Assembly: GCA_902578135.1 (NCBI GenBank)
Contig: CACHBU010000001.1
Location: 125,286-189,285, forward strand
Length of the DNA: 64,000 nucleotides
Source: an uncultured Candidatus Actinomarina sp.
GTDB taxonomy: Bacteria > Actinomycetota > Acidimicrobiia > Actinomarinales > Actinomarinaceae
Reading direction: 5' to 3'
Every line of letters starts with the position of its first letter. Position 1 is the first letter of the stretch. The notes beneath the pieces are model-generated. The model did no database searches. It was given only the letters and a program-made list of their open reading frames with translations, and was not told the DNA's origin. The position numbers were made by a program, and so were the translations under genes. Positions 10,011-18,772 of this stretch are shown here, piece by piece.

Positions 10011-11029
10011 TTTTCAGAAGATTTATTTACCTCATCTAATTCATCAAAAGACTTTTCTAACTTGTTAACTCTTGTTGTTTTTAATACTTCAAATGATTGA
10101 ACAGTTTGGTCTAATCGCTTAGTTACATCGTCGAAAGAATCTATAAACTTTCTAACTTCATTCTTAACCTTTTGGTGAGTAATTAAAATATTTTTGGTAT
10201 CAGTTTGTAAACTGAATAATTTCATGGAGTGTCTAATTGTTTCTAAATAAGCCATTAAAGTTTGGGGGCTAACAAGAATTACTTTTTTTGAAAAAGCGTA
10301 TTGAATTACTGGCGTTTTGTTCGAGCCTATGACTGAAGTAAGTAGGAAATGATAAAGGTTTTCAAGTGGAATATACATGAGAACAAAATCAACTGTACCC
10401 TCTTCAGACGAAATATAACCTTCCCTGCTTGAAGTTTCATCAATTTTAGTTTTTATAGCCTTATCTAAAAATTCTTTGTTCTTGTTTTTAATTAAATCAT
10501 TTATTTCTTTTCTTGAAATTTGATCAAGAGTCTCATCATCTAAGTCACGATTTAACTTGGCTATTTCCATGTAATTTGTTAGTGGAAATTTTGAATCCAT
10601 ATTAATTGTTTTATTATCAGGAAGATAAAAAGTAAAGTCTGGTTTAGTTCCACTTTTCATTATTTTTTGCGTTTCATAATGGATGCCGTCTTTATATTCC
10701 ATTATTCCCAAAAGATCTTCTACTTGAAACTCAGCCCACTGACCTCTGCTTTGATTGTTGTTAAGAACTGAAATTAAATTTCGCGTTTGCTGATCAACAC
10801 CCGTTATAGAGCTTTTGATTTCACCAGTTTTTTCAATGAAATCTTTTACTGTTTGATCAGATTTATTAAGTAGTTTATATATCTGTGATTCTTCATTTTC
10901 AATAATTTCACTTACAATTCCTTTGATCAAATACTCATCTTCTTTTTTGCCTTCATCTTTTTTTCTTGATACAAAATACAAGTTCATACAAAGGAGAAAA
11001 ACTATTAACACATAAAATATAATTTCCAT
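10007..11029 (-). CDS. rmuC: DNA recombination protein RmuC
   Basis: N-terminal TM + coiled coil; the SRGQWAEFQVEDLL motif corresponds to the RmuC RGNWGE region. Confidence 0.7.
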   Translation of the reverse strand: MEIIFYVLIVFLLCMNLYFVSRKKDEGKKEDEYLIKGIVSEIIENEESQIYKLLNKSDQTVKDFIEKTGEIKSSITGVDQQTRNLISVLNNNQSRGQWAEFQVEDLLGIMEYKDGIHYETQKIMKSGTKPDFTFYLPDNKTINMDSKFPLTNYMEIAKLNRDLDDETLDQISRKEINDLIKNKNKEFLDKAIKTKIDETSSREGYISSEEGTVDFVLMYIPLENLYHFLLTSVIGSNKTPVIQYAFSKKVILVSPQTLMAYLETIRHSMKLFSLQTDTKNILITHQKVKNEVRKFIDSFDDVTKRLDQTVQSFEVLKTTRVNKLEKSFDELDEVNKSSEN

Positions 11030-11086
11030 GCCTTAAGAATAGCAATAAAGGCAGACAATTTAATCATTGGGTTAAGTAAAGCTAAA

Positions 11087-12220
11087 TTATGTAGAGACTA
11101 AGTCAATTAGTTTTTTGTAACCAAACTCGAAATTGGCAACACTTTGGTTTTCTTTAACAAAGTCTTTAGAATTCAATCCTGTTTGTAAAGCACTTTCATA
11201 ATTGTTCATAATGTGTTGAATTTTGTTTGATAAATCATTTTTATTGTTGTTTTCAAATATATAACCAGTTTCATTTTCAATAATTAAATCTACCATTCCG
11301 GTGTTACTTGAAACTAAGACAGGACACGCTGTGGATTGTGCTTCAATTATTACCCTACCTAGTCCTTCAGATTTTGAAGGTAAAATAAATAAATTTGCTG
11401 ATGAATACTTTGAAATTAGTTCTTCAGCTTTGATAAAAGGTGTCGTAGTTATGTTTTCTGCATGCTTAGAACTAGAAATGAGGTTGTTTAATTCTTTTAG
11501 ATATTTTAAATTAGGTGTTTGTCCAATTATTTCCAATGAAACATTCCCATCAATTGTCTCAAGTGACTCAATGATTATCTTTGGATTCTTTCTTTCTGTA
11601 ACACTTCCTACAAATATTATTTTAAAGGTATCTGAGTATGATCTTTTAATATCAGCATTTAGATAATTATCAATATTTATCCATGCAGGGAAACGAACAA
11701 ATAAACCTTGATATCCAAAATTCAAAACTTGTTTTTCCGTAAAGTCGGAAATAGATCTAATTAAATCTGCTTTTTTGATTGAATATTTTGCTAGATAGCT
11801 AAATAGTAAAGTATAAAATTTTGGTAGTAATAAATTTTTTTCTAATCCAATCGTATCGATAAAATCTCCATGAGTTTCGACTACAATTTTTACAGGTAAT
11901 TTTCTAATCTTTAAAGAAAAGATTGTAAAGAAACCAGTAATAGGGTCTTGCAAGCAAACAATATCTATATTTTGTTCTTTTACAATTTTTGGGATTTTGA
12001 AAAAGAATAGAAATATAATTTTAAGATAATTTAAAAACCTATTTTTATTCTTTTTATTAAAAATAGCCTCAACACCTTCAACACTAGAAGTAAACTTTTC
12101 CTCACTGAATGCATAAACTATAGGATTGCAAACATTAGAAAGAGATTGAAATTTTTTTTGAATATCTTTTGTTAAAGGATTGGAGTAAACAGTTGGAGAA
12201 ACAAATAAAACTTTATTCAT
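11087..12220 (-). CDS. glycosyltransferase family 4 (GT-B)
   Basis: EX7E-type motif SKSEGLGRVIIEAQSTACPVLVSSNTG in the C-terminal half; overlaps the upstream hydrolase gene by 8 nt. Confidence 0.75.
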   Translation of the reverse strand: MNKVLFVSPTVYSNPLTKDIQKKFQSLSNVCNPIVYAFSEEKFTSSVEGVEAIFNKKNKNRFLNYLKIIFLFFFKIPKIVKEQNIDIVCLQDPITGFFTIFSLKIRKLPVKIVVETHGDFIDTIGLEKNLLLPKFYTLLFSYLAKYSIKKADLIRSISDFTEKQVLNFGYQGLFVRFPAWINIDNYLNADIKRSYSDTFKIIFVGSVTERKNPKIIIESLETIDGNVSLEIIGQTPNLKYLKELNNLISSSKHAENITTTPFIKAEELISKYSSANLFILPSKSEGLGRVIIEAQSTACPVLVSSNTGMVDLIIENETGYIFENNNKNDLSNKIQHIMNNYESALQTGLNSKDFVKENQSVANFEFGYKKLIDLVST

Positions 12221-13136
12221 TGTTTAAAAAGCTATTAATCTCTTCTAATAGTTCATCTGCGTGAGTCCACGGAACAGAATGACCGGCATCATTAATAACT
12301 TTCGATTTAACAGTATTTAAACGGTTTATGACTTCATTAGATGTTTCTTCAGGGACTAATTTGTCTTTACCACCAGTAATAACCAATGTGTCAGAATGTA
12401 TTTCATGAATCCAAGGTCTTGCATCATAAGGAACAACAAACCTTCCTCCGTCACCATATATAAAGTCATCTTTTGACCTATGTAAATTATTCCATGCCCA
12501 CTCTGTATACTCATCTTCAATAGATTGGGATTTCCTTAAGAAAGAAAATTTTGATTGAGGATTAAAATTTGGAAAAAGTCTTTCTCGAATTCTTACAAAA
12601 CTTATAAATACCTTAAATGCTATTTTGTCACTATAAACAGCGCCCCCCAGCCAACTAAATGGGGTTATTAAAACTAATTTTCTAATCAAGGATTGTTTTT
12701 TTCTAGCAACAGACATCCCAACAGCGCTTCCCATCGACCAACCAACAATGTCACACTCTTCTATGCCAAGTTTTTCTAGAATGCTTATAACCAGATCAGC
12801 ATTTTCGTCTACATCCCATCTTTTCCAACTTGAATCTGACTTCCCATGATTTCTTAAATCAATTGCAATAAATGAATTTTTATTTTTAATTTTTGGCAAT
12901 ACTTTAAACCAACTACCTAATGAATCAGACCCCCAGCTATGTAGAAAAACAATAGGGGTTGTTCCATCTACGTATGATTCTCTAATAAAGTATTCTTTTT
13001 CCCTTACAAAAATAGTTCTGCCAGGAAACTTACTTGGATGAATTTGAGTATTACCAGAAATATCTCCTTTTTTTGTTTCAAGCAAGTTTTTCAAAATTGT
13101 TGCAAAAGCAAAAAATTTAGTAATTGTTTTTATCAT
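12213..13136 (-). CDS. alpha/beta-fold hydrolase
   Basis: HSWGSDSLGSW oxyanion region, GWSMGSAVG nucleophile elbow (GxSxG), C-terminal His. Confidence 0.7.
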   Translation of the reverse strand: MIKTITKFFAFATILKNLLETKKGDISGNTQIHPSKFPGRTIFVREKEYFIRESYVDGTTPIVFLHSWGSDSLGSWFKVLPKIKNKNSFIAIDLRNHGKSDSSWKRWDVDENADLVISILEKLGIEECDIVGWSMGSAVGMSVARKKQSLIRKLVLITPFSWLGGAVYSDKIAFKVFISFVRIRERLFPNFNPQSKFSFLRKSQSIEDEYTEWAWNNLHRSKDDFIYGDGGRFVVPYDARPWIHEIHSDTLVITGGKDKLVPEETSNEVINRLNTVKSKVINDAGHSVPWTHADELLEEINSFLNNE

Positions 13137-14173
13137 TTGCTATTAATGATATTGGCTTTATTTTTATATCTAGAAACAATATCTCCAATTTCCCATATAT
13201 TTAATCCAAGTCTGTCAGATATATCATCTAAATCAATTGAATTATCATTTGGTGCTGAAATTAGTAAACCACCACTTGTTTGAGCATCTGATAAAATTTT
13301 TACAAAAGATTCTTGATCGTCGCTATAAATTATATTTTCTTTAGCTGAATCAAAATTTCTTTTAGACCCAGAAGGATAAACTCCATTATTCAAATATTCT
13401 TTTGCATGTTCAATAACAGGTACATTATCTAAATAAATATTTACTGTCACTTCAGAATCTCCAATCATTTCTATTAAGTGCCCTAATAATCCAAAACCTG
13501 TGACATCTGTTATTGCATTTGCATTTAATTCTTTGGCAGCTTCCAATGCTTTGTCATTCAATGTTGTCATTACTTCAGTTACTTCAGATATTGCTTTTTC
13601 ACTTGCTATATTCTTTTTTATAGCAGAAGAGATGATTCCAGAACCTAAAGGTTTAGTCAAAAAAAGTTTATCGCCTACTTGAAGATTTCTTTTTTTATAA
13701 ATAGCATCATTAATTATTCCTGTTACAGCAAAACCATACTTTGGCTCTTTGTCGTCGATACTGTGTCCTCCAATGATGCTACAACCAGCACTTTGCATGA
13801 TCTCTAAACCGCCTTTTAAAACCTCAGACAATATTTCAAAACTTAAATCTTCTCTTGGCCATGAAACAAGCTGTAAGGAAGATATTGGGGTTCCGCCCAT
13901 TGCATAAATATCAGATAATGCGTTAGCTGCTGCAACTTTTCCCCAATCAAACGGGTTATCTAATATAGGAGTAAAAAAATCTACAGTCTGAACCACTCTG
14001 ATTCCATTACCAATATCAATTACACCTCCATCATCAGGCGAATCTAGACCGACCAATATTTTTGAAGTATCGGAATTATTTTGTTGTTTAAAATGCGTCA
14101 GTACCTGAGCAAGCTCTTTTTGTGAGAGTTTACATGCTCAACCAGCACCATGTGAGTACTCAGTTAATCTCAT
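13133..14173 (-). CDS. selD: selenophosphate synthetase (selenide, water dikinase), Sec-containing; in-frame UGA at 14138-14140 recoded as selenocysteine
   Basis: The ORF track truncates the gene at TTG (MVGLD...). Reading upstream in the same frame gives ATG(14173) MRLTEYSHGAG-TGA-ACKLSQKELAQVL..., which aligns residue-for-residue with E. coli SelD [25 protein letters not shown] (TGA at the Cys17 position). A GGAGG RBS lies 6 nt upstream. Downstream: VQTVDFFTPILDNPFDWGKVAAANALSDIYAMGG and the AIR-synthase-like fold. Confidence 0.85.
14106..14140 (-). promoter_or_regulatory. SECIS-like hairpin beginning at the selD UGA
   Basis: mRNA UGAGCAUGUAAACUCUCACAAAAAGAGCUUGCUCA: a 6-bp outer stem UGAGCA/UGCUCA and a 4-bp inner stem CUCU/AGAG, starting at the UGA codon itself. 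Confidence 0.45.
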
Positions 14174-14184
14174 TCCACCTCCTT

Positions 14185-15000
14185 TTAAGAGCGCTCAATA
14201 TTTACTTCGTTTTTAAAAGTTTCTTGAATTTCATTAATTAAGGGGTGGTGAAAATAGTCTATTTCATTTATTTTAGAAACAGGTATCGCATGTTTTGCGG
14301 TAGATAATACAAAACCACATTGTATAGTTTCTAATTCATCTTCAACTAAACGTCCAATAGATACATCTAATTTTTTTTCTTCTCCAAAGCGAATTAAATA
14401 TTTTCGAGTTATTGAATCTAGGATTCCAAGATCTAGGTCTGGTACGTGTATTTTATCATTCAATATCCACCCAAAAGTCCAAGTAGGACCTTCAAGAATG
14501 ATGTTTTCTCTATTAACTAATAAAGCATCCGTATACCCGTTTAATTCAGCTTGTCTTGTGTGACTTATATTCATTGCGTAAGATGTAGATTTTGTACCAA
14601 CATTGAATACATCTTGCTCAATAAAGTCTCCACCACTCTGCCAGTAGGCTTTTTGAGTTTGTAAAGTAAAATACGCTGGTACATCTATAGGTGGCTGATA
14701 AAAGCAAAATACATTAAATGAATCTTTTTCATTTCTTAAAATTAACGTCCTCACATATCCATTTTGAAAATTTTCTGCCACCAGTAAAATATCTTTTTTT
14801 ATCTTTTCAAAATTTATATCGTCAAAAAATACCTTGGATGCAGATTTTTTGAATCTTTCAATGTGTAAGTCTATTCCAAACGGATAACCTTCGTGAATTC
14901 TGATTGCTTCAAAAATTCCATCGCCTCTCCATACTCCAATATTTTCTACAGGAAGAATGAAATCTTCTTTTTCAACTTGGACCCCATCAATTAAATACAT
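14185..15000 (-). CDS. aminotransferase class IV (branched-chain aa aminotransferase / aminodeoxychorismate lyase-like)
   Basis: 271 aa; GVWRGDGIFEAIRI N-terminal signature of PLP fold-type IV enzymes. Confidence 0.6.
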   Translation of the reverse strand: MYLIDGVQVEKEDFILPVENIGVWRGDGIFEAIRIHEGYPFGIDLHIERFKKSASKVFFDDINFEKIKKDILLVAENFQNGYVRTLILRNEKDSFNVFCFYQPPIDVPAYFTLQTQKAYWQSGGDFIEQDVFNVGTKSTSYAMNISHTRQAELNGYTDALLVNRENIILEGPTWTFGWILNDKIHVPDLDLGILDSITRKYLIRFGEEKKLDVSIGRLVEDELETIQCGFVLSTAKHAIPVSKINEIDYFHHPLINEIQETFKNEVNIERS

Positions 15001-15001
15001 T

Positions 15002-16708
15002 TTATTCCTTTTGTCTTATGTATGTGTTTGTAATAGGCATTCTCCTGTCCTTTCCAAAAGCTTTTTGAGTGAGCTTTACTCCAGGCGCAACTTGTTTTCT
15101 TTTGTATTCATTTCTGTCTACTTTTTCAAGAACATCAAATACTAAATTTGGATCAACTCCTGAAGCGATAATTTTTTCAGATGAACTATCTTCCTCAATA
15201 TAAAGATTCAATATTTTATCGAGTACTTCATAATCTGGAAGCGAATCACTATCAAACTGATTAGGGCGAAGTTCTGCGCTTGGCTCTTTAGTGATAATGT
15301 TTTTTGGTATAGCATCAGAAATTGAATTTATGTAGTTTGATAATTCATAAACTTTAGTTTTATATAAATCCTTTATCAATGCGAATCCACCAGCAAGATC
15401 GCCATAAAGAGTAGAGTAGCCAACTGCCATTTCTGATTTATTACCAGTAGAAACAACCATTGCACCAGTTTGGTTAGATAATCCCATTAAAATATTACCT
15501 CTAATTCTTGATTGAATATTTTCATCAGTTATTTGACTAAGATCTTCGTTGAGAGAATTCGTAAGAGTTTCTCTAAAATCATCTACTAGTTTTTCGATCT
15601 CAATTGTTTTTAGAGTTATTCCTAAATTATCTGATAGTTTAATTGCATCGTCTAAAGAGTCTTTAGAATTGTATTTAGAGGGCATAGCTACTCCAATTAC
15701 ATTTTCTGCGCCTAATGCATCAACACAAATTGCAGCAGTTAGAGCTGAATCAATTCCACCTGAAATGCCTATTAATACTTTTGTGAATTTATTCTTCCTT
15801 ACATAGTCTTTAAGTCCTAATTTTAACGCAGAATAAATAGATTCATTCTTACTCAATGAAGCCTTACTTTCAACATCTTTCAATTCAATTGTTTTTGGCC
15901 TGATTATTAGAGGGGATTTGTCATTTTGTTTATTAGTTTTTAAATCAATATCTAAGTGGAATACTTCTTCTTTGAAACTTGAGGCCTGGTAGATAATTTC
16001 ACCAAGGTCATTTACAACAAACGAACCTCCGTCAAAAACTAGTTCATCCTGACCTCCCACCATGTTCAAATATATTATTGGTACATTTAGTTTCAATGCC
16101 TTTTTCATAACTAGTTCTTTTCGAGTTTCGCTTTTATGAATATCATAAGGTGATGCATTTATATTTATAATTAGTGATGCACCTTGTTTCACTTGCTCTT
16201 CTGCTGGTCCGTCTTCAATCCAAATATCTTCACAAATATTAACCCCAATAGCAATGTCGTCATACCAAAATAGAGTATTCGGTTCTGTGCCTTTGGAAAA
16301 ATATCTAGCTTCATCAAAAACTGAATAATTTGGTAAAAATGATTTATGATATATTCCTCTAACGTCTCCATTCTGTACAATTGCAGCAGCATTGGCTATC
16401 GTCCGCTTATTATTGTCTTGATTACGGGAATCGTTCTTTCTATCAACAAAACCAATAACTCCACTTGTGTGAGATGAAAAAGCTGCTATTTCCTCCAGTA
16501 CTGCAAAATTTTTACCAATAAAACTTTCTCGAAGTAACAAATCTTCTGGTGGGTATCCTGTAATTGCTAGCTCTGGAAAAATAACGATGTCTGATTCTAC
16601 TGATTCAGCTTCTTCAAAACAATTGAGTATAGTTTCTTTGTTTTCTTGAATAGCACCCACTGAAAAAGAACACTGAGCACCTGTTATTCTTATAGTTTTT
16701 TTATCCAC
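15002..16708 (-). CDS. nadE: glutamine-dependent NAD+ synthetase
   Basis: N-terminal CN-hydrolase domain (FPELAITGYPPEDL) + C-terminal PP-loop ISGGIDSALTAAICVDALG. Confidence 0.85.
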   Translation of the reverse strand: MDKKTIRITGAQCSFSVGAIQENKETILNCFEEAESVESDIVIFPELAITGYPPEDLLLRESFIGKNFAVLEEIAAFSSHTSGVIGFVDRKNDSRNQDNNKRTIANAAAIVQNGDVRGIYHKSFLPNYSVFDEARYFSKGTEPNTLFWYDDIAIGVNICEDIWIEDGPAEEQVKQGASLIININASPYDIHKSETRKELVMKKALKLNVPIIYLNMVGGQDELVFDGGSFVVNDLGEIIYQASSFKEEVFHLDIDLKTNKQNDKSPLIIRPKTIELKDVESKASLSKNESIYSALKLGLKDYVRKNKFTKVLIGISGGIDSALTAAICVDALGAENVIGVAMPSKYNSKDSLDDAIKLSDNLGITLKTIEIEKLVDDFRETLTNSLNEDLSQITDENIQSRIRGNILMGLSNQTGAMVVSTGNKSEMAVGYSTLYGDLAGGFALIKDLYKTKVYELSNYINSISDAIPKNIITKEPSAELRPNQFDSDSLPDYEVLDKILNLYIEEDSSSEKIIASGVDPNLVFDVLEKVDRNEYKRKQVAPGVKLTQKAFGKDRRMPITNTYIRQKE

Positions 16709-16734
16709 ACTTTAATGATAGATTCTTGTTGTTA

Positions 16735-17139
16735 TTAAGAAGAAACCTTAATTTCTATATGCTGAGAATCTTCTATCCATCTATAAACTCTTTTAATTGA
16801 AGGCATTCTTTCAACAATTTTGGCTTTAATATTTATTTTTTGCATTGATTCATGCAATGATTCAGGGTTACGTCTTCTTAATTCAGAAACGCTTTCAACA
16901 CCAACTGCTTCTAGTAAGTCAGCATAATCTCTACCCAGGTCTTTAATTTTCATAAGTTCAGCTCTTCTTGCCCAGTGAAGAAGCTTTGGTGAGCTAATCC
17001 CTGTCTCTTTTGTCAATAAAGCCCTGCCAGATCTAGATGAAGCTATCTGAAGGAATGTTGTTGTTGTTCTGACTCTTGCTCTTCTTAATTTTGTTGCCTC
17101 AGTATGAGTCATGCCATTTATCGAATCAATTGAATTCAT
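16735..17139 (-). CDS. DUF4332 domain protein
   Basis: GISSPKLLHWARRAELMKIKDLGRDYADLLEAVGVESVSELRRRNPESL matches the DUF4332 HhH-like pattern. Confidence 0.5.
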   Translation of the reverse strand: MNSIDSINGMTHTEATKLRRARVRTTTTFLQIASSRSGRALLTKETGISSPKLLHWARRAELMKIKDLGRDYADLLEAVGVESVSELRRRNPESLHESMQKINIKAKIVERMPSIKRVYRWIEDSQHIEIKVSS

Positions 17140-17202
17140 GTTTTTGATTTTACAAAATTTATTTTATAAACAAATGCTTTTTTTTAAGAGATTTTCCCAC
17201 TC

Positions 17203-17811
17203 TCAAAAATCTTTTTCTTCGTCATAATCAGTTGGACCAAGAAAATTAAAATTAAGTTTTTCAATTTTTACCTCAGATGAAATAAAATAATCAATTAGAT
17301 CAAAATCTTTGTATGCTGATATTTCAAATTCACCAGGGTCATCTTGTGTCAACAATTCTAACTTTGACCAAAATGGACGCGGGACTAAAACTGGAAAACC
17401 CAACTTATATCTATATTGAGGAATTAATATTTTTGAGTTGTCTACTTCATTATTTTCTAGAGCAATGATGACTTCATCCCTTACTTCAGGTTGGTCTCCC
17501 AAAAAAAATACAAGATTTTCTATTTGCTTTTGTTCTTGATAAAAAAATAGAGCTGTTCTAATTGATGAAACTATTCCTTCTTCCCAGTTTTCATTTATTA
17601 AAATATTTGAATTATAAAAATTTATTTTTTCTTCAATAATTTCATTTTCGAACCCCAGAACTACAGTCGATGACTCAAAGTAGGAGTTTACTTTTTCAAT
17701 CACAAGTTCTAGTAATGGTTTGTCTTTAACTTCAGCAAGCTGCTTTGGAAATCCCATTCTTGTTGAGTCACCAGCTGCGAGTATAACTCCTGCATTCATT
17801 CTATGCACCAC
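17203..17811 (-). CDS. MobA-like NTP-transferase (nucleotidyltransferase family)
   Basis: MNAGVILAAGDSTRMGFPKQLAEVKDKPLLE N-terminal NTP_transf_3 signature; the true start is probably the MNAGV Met, a few codons inside the ORF. Confidence 0.6.
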   Translation of the reverse strand: MVHRMNAGVILAAGDSTRMGFPKQLAEVKDKPLLELVIEKVNSYFESSTVVLGFENEIIEEKINFYNSNILINENWEEGIVSSIRTALFFYQEQKQIENLVFFLGDQPEVRDEVIIALENNEVDNSKILIPQYRYKLGFPVLVPRPFWSKLELLTQDDPGEFEISAYKDFDLIDYFISSEVKIEKLNFNFLGPTDYDEEKDF

Positions 17812-18427
17812 CTAAAATACTTGTCCCAAACGTTAATGAAACGATCAGTAGTATGACTTCAATATTTCTCAACATATAAACTTGTTTAAGCCCTGAACCG
17901 AAAGAAACAATTGAATATATTGAGACTATCAAAATTAAAAAACCTTGAAGAAAAAGCGATGAGACAAATAGTGCGGGTACAACAAGCAAGCATGGAGTTG
18001 ATGCAAAAAAATTAATCATTAGAAGATCTTTAGGAATTGGCTCTTTCCTGAAAAGAAATCTGAGTATTAAGTAAATTATCACTAATCCTATAACCGTGGC
18101 AACGAGAGACGAGAAGGCCGAAGAAAATAATGAAGTAGTAGTGTCTGAAGAGTTTATAAAAGTTTGCAACTCTTCTATCAATGATTGAAACAAATTAAAT
18201 TCTTCTGGAGAAAATTCTTGTTGAAACTCCTGTTGAAACAAAATTAAGTTTTCTTGTAAATAATCTAACAAACCTGAAATAAATCTAAATCCACTCATAG
18301 TTACTAAAATTGTCGTGCTTACAAAGATGGCAATGGATTTTTGAAAAGCTCCATCTTGAACCAGAAGCTCGTTATAAATCTCTTTATCAAGACGTAATAT
18401 GCGGGATATTATTTTTTTATCATTCAT
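17801..18427 (-). CDS. Yip1-like integral membrane protein
   Basis: 208 aa, 5 TM; N-terminal soluble segment then hydrophobic repeats; weak resemblance to the Yip1 domain. Confidence 0.4.
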   Translation of the reverse strand: MNDKKIISRILRLDKEIYNELLVQDGAFQKSIAIFVSTTILVTMSGFRFISGLLDYLQENLILFQQEFQQEFSPEEFNLFQSLIEELQTFINSSDTTTSLFSSAFSSLVATVIGLVIIYLILRFLFRKEPIPKDLLMINFFASTPCLLVVPALFVSSLFLQGFLILIVSIYSIVSFGSGLKQVYMLRNIEVILLIVSLTFGTSILGGA

Positions 18428-18454
18428 TTTTTTAATTTAATTAAAATCTACTTA

Positions 18455-18772
18455 ATGACTATAACAAAATTAATTTCATACGTTATAAGTGTCTCAATGA
18501 TATGGGTAATAATTTGGGCACAAAACCAAGTTTCATTATTTGACTCACCTATTCCAGATTTACCATGGGGTATAGTTTCCCTTGTAGATCTCTACGGTGG
18601 GTTTATTCTAGTTTGCTTGTGGATTGCCTATAAAGAGTCGTTGTCTGCAACAATTATATGGTCATTTTTTGTTTTAATTTTGGGCAACCTTACTACTGCA
18701 ATATACGTGATTTATAGCATTAATAAATCAAATGGGGATATTGCATATTTCTTTATGGGAAAAAATTCCTAG
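18455..18772 (+). CDS. small membrane protein (3 TM), unknown function
   Basis: 105 aa ORF with clear TM helices; convergent with the Fe-S reductase gene. Confidence 0.4.
   Translation: MTITKLISYVISVSMIWVIIWAQNQVSLFDSPIPDLPWGIVSLVDLYGGFILVCLWIAYKESLSATIIWSFFVLILGNLTTAIYVIYSINKSNGDIAYFFMGKNS

Noticed and set aside
17140-17205. The MobA-like gene ends in TGA. Checked whether it reads through (Sec) into the 63-nt gap before the DUF4332 gene, which is in the same frame.
   Set aside because: Translation past the TGA gives only EWENLLKKSICL then TAA, with no conserved motif, so it is an ordinary stop. All other same-frame adjacent ORF pairs in the window are separated by TAA/TAG.
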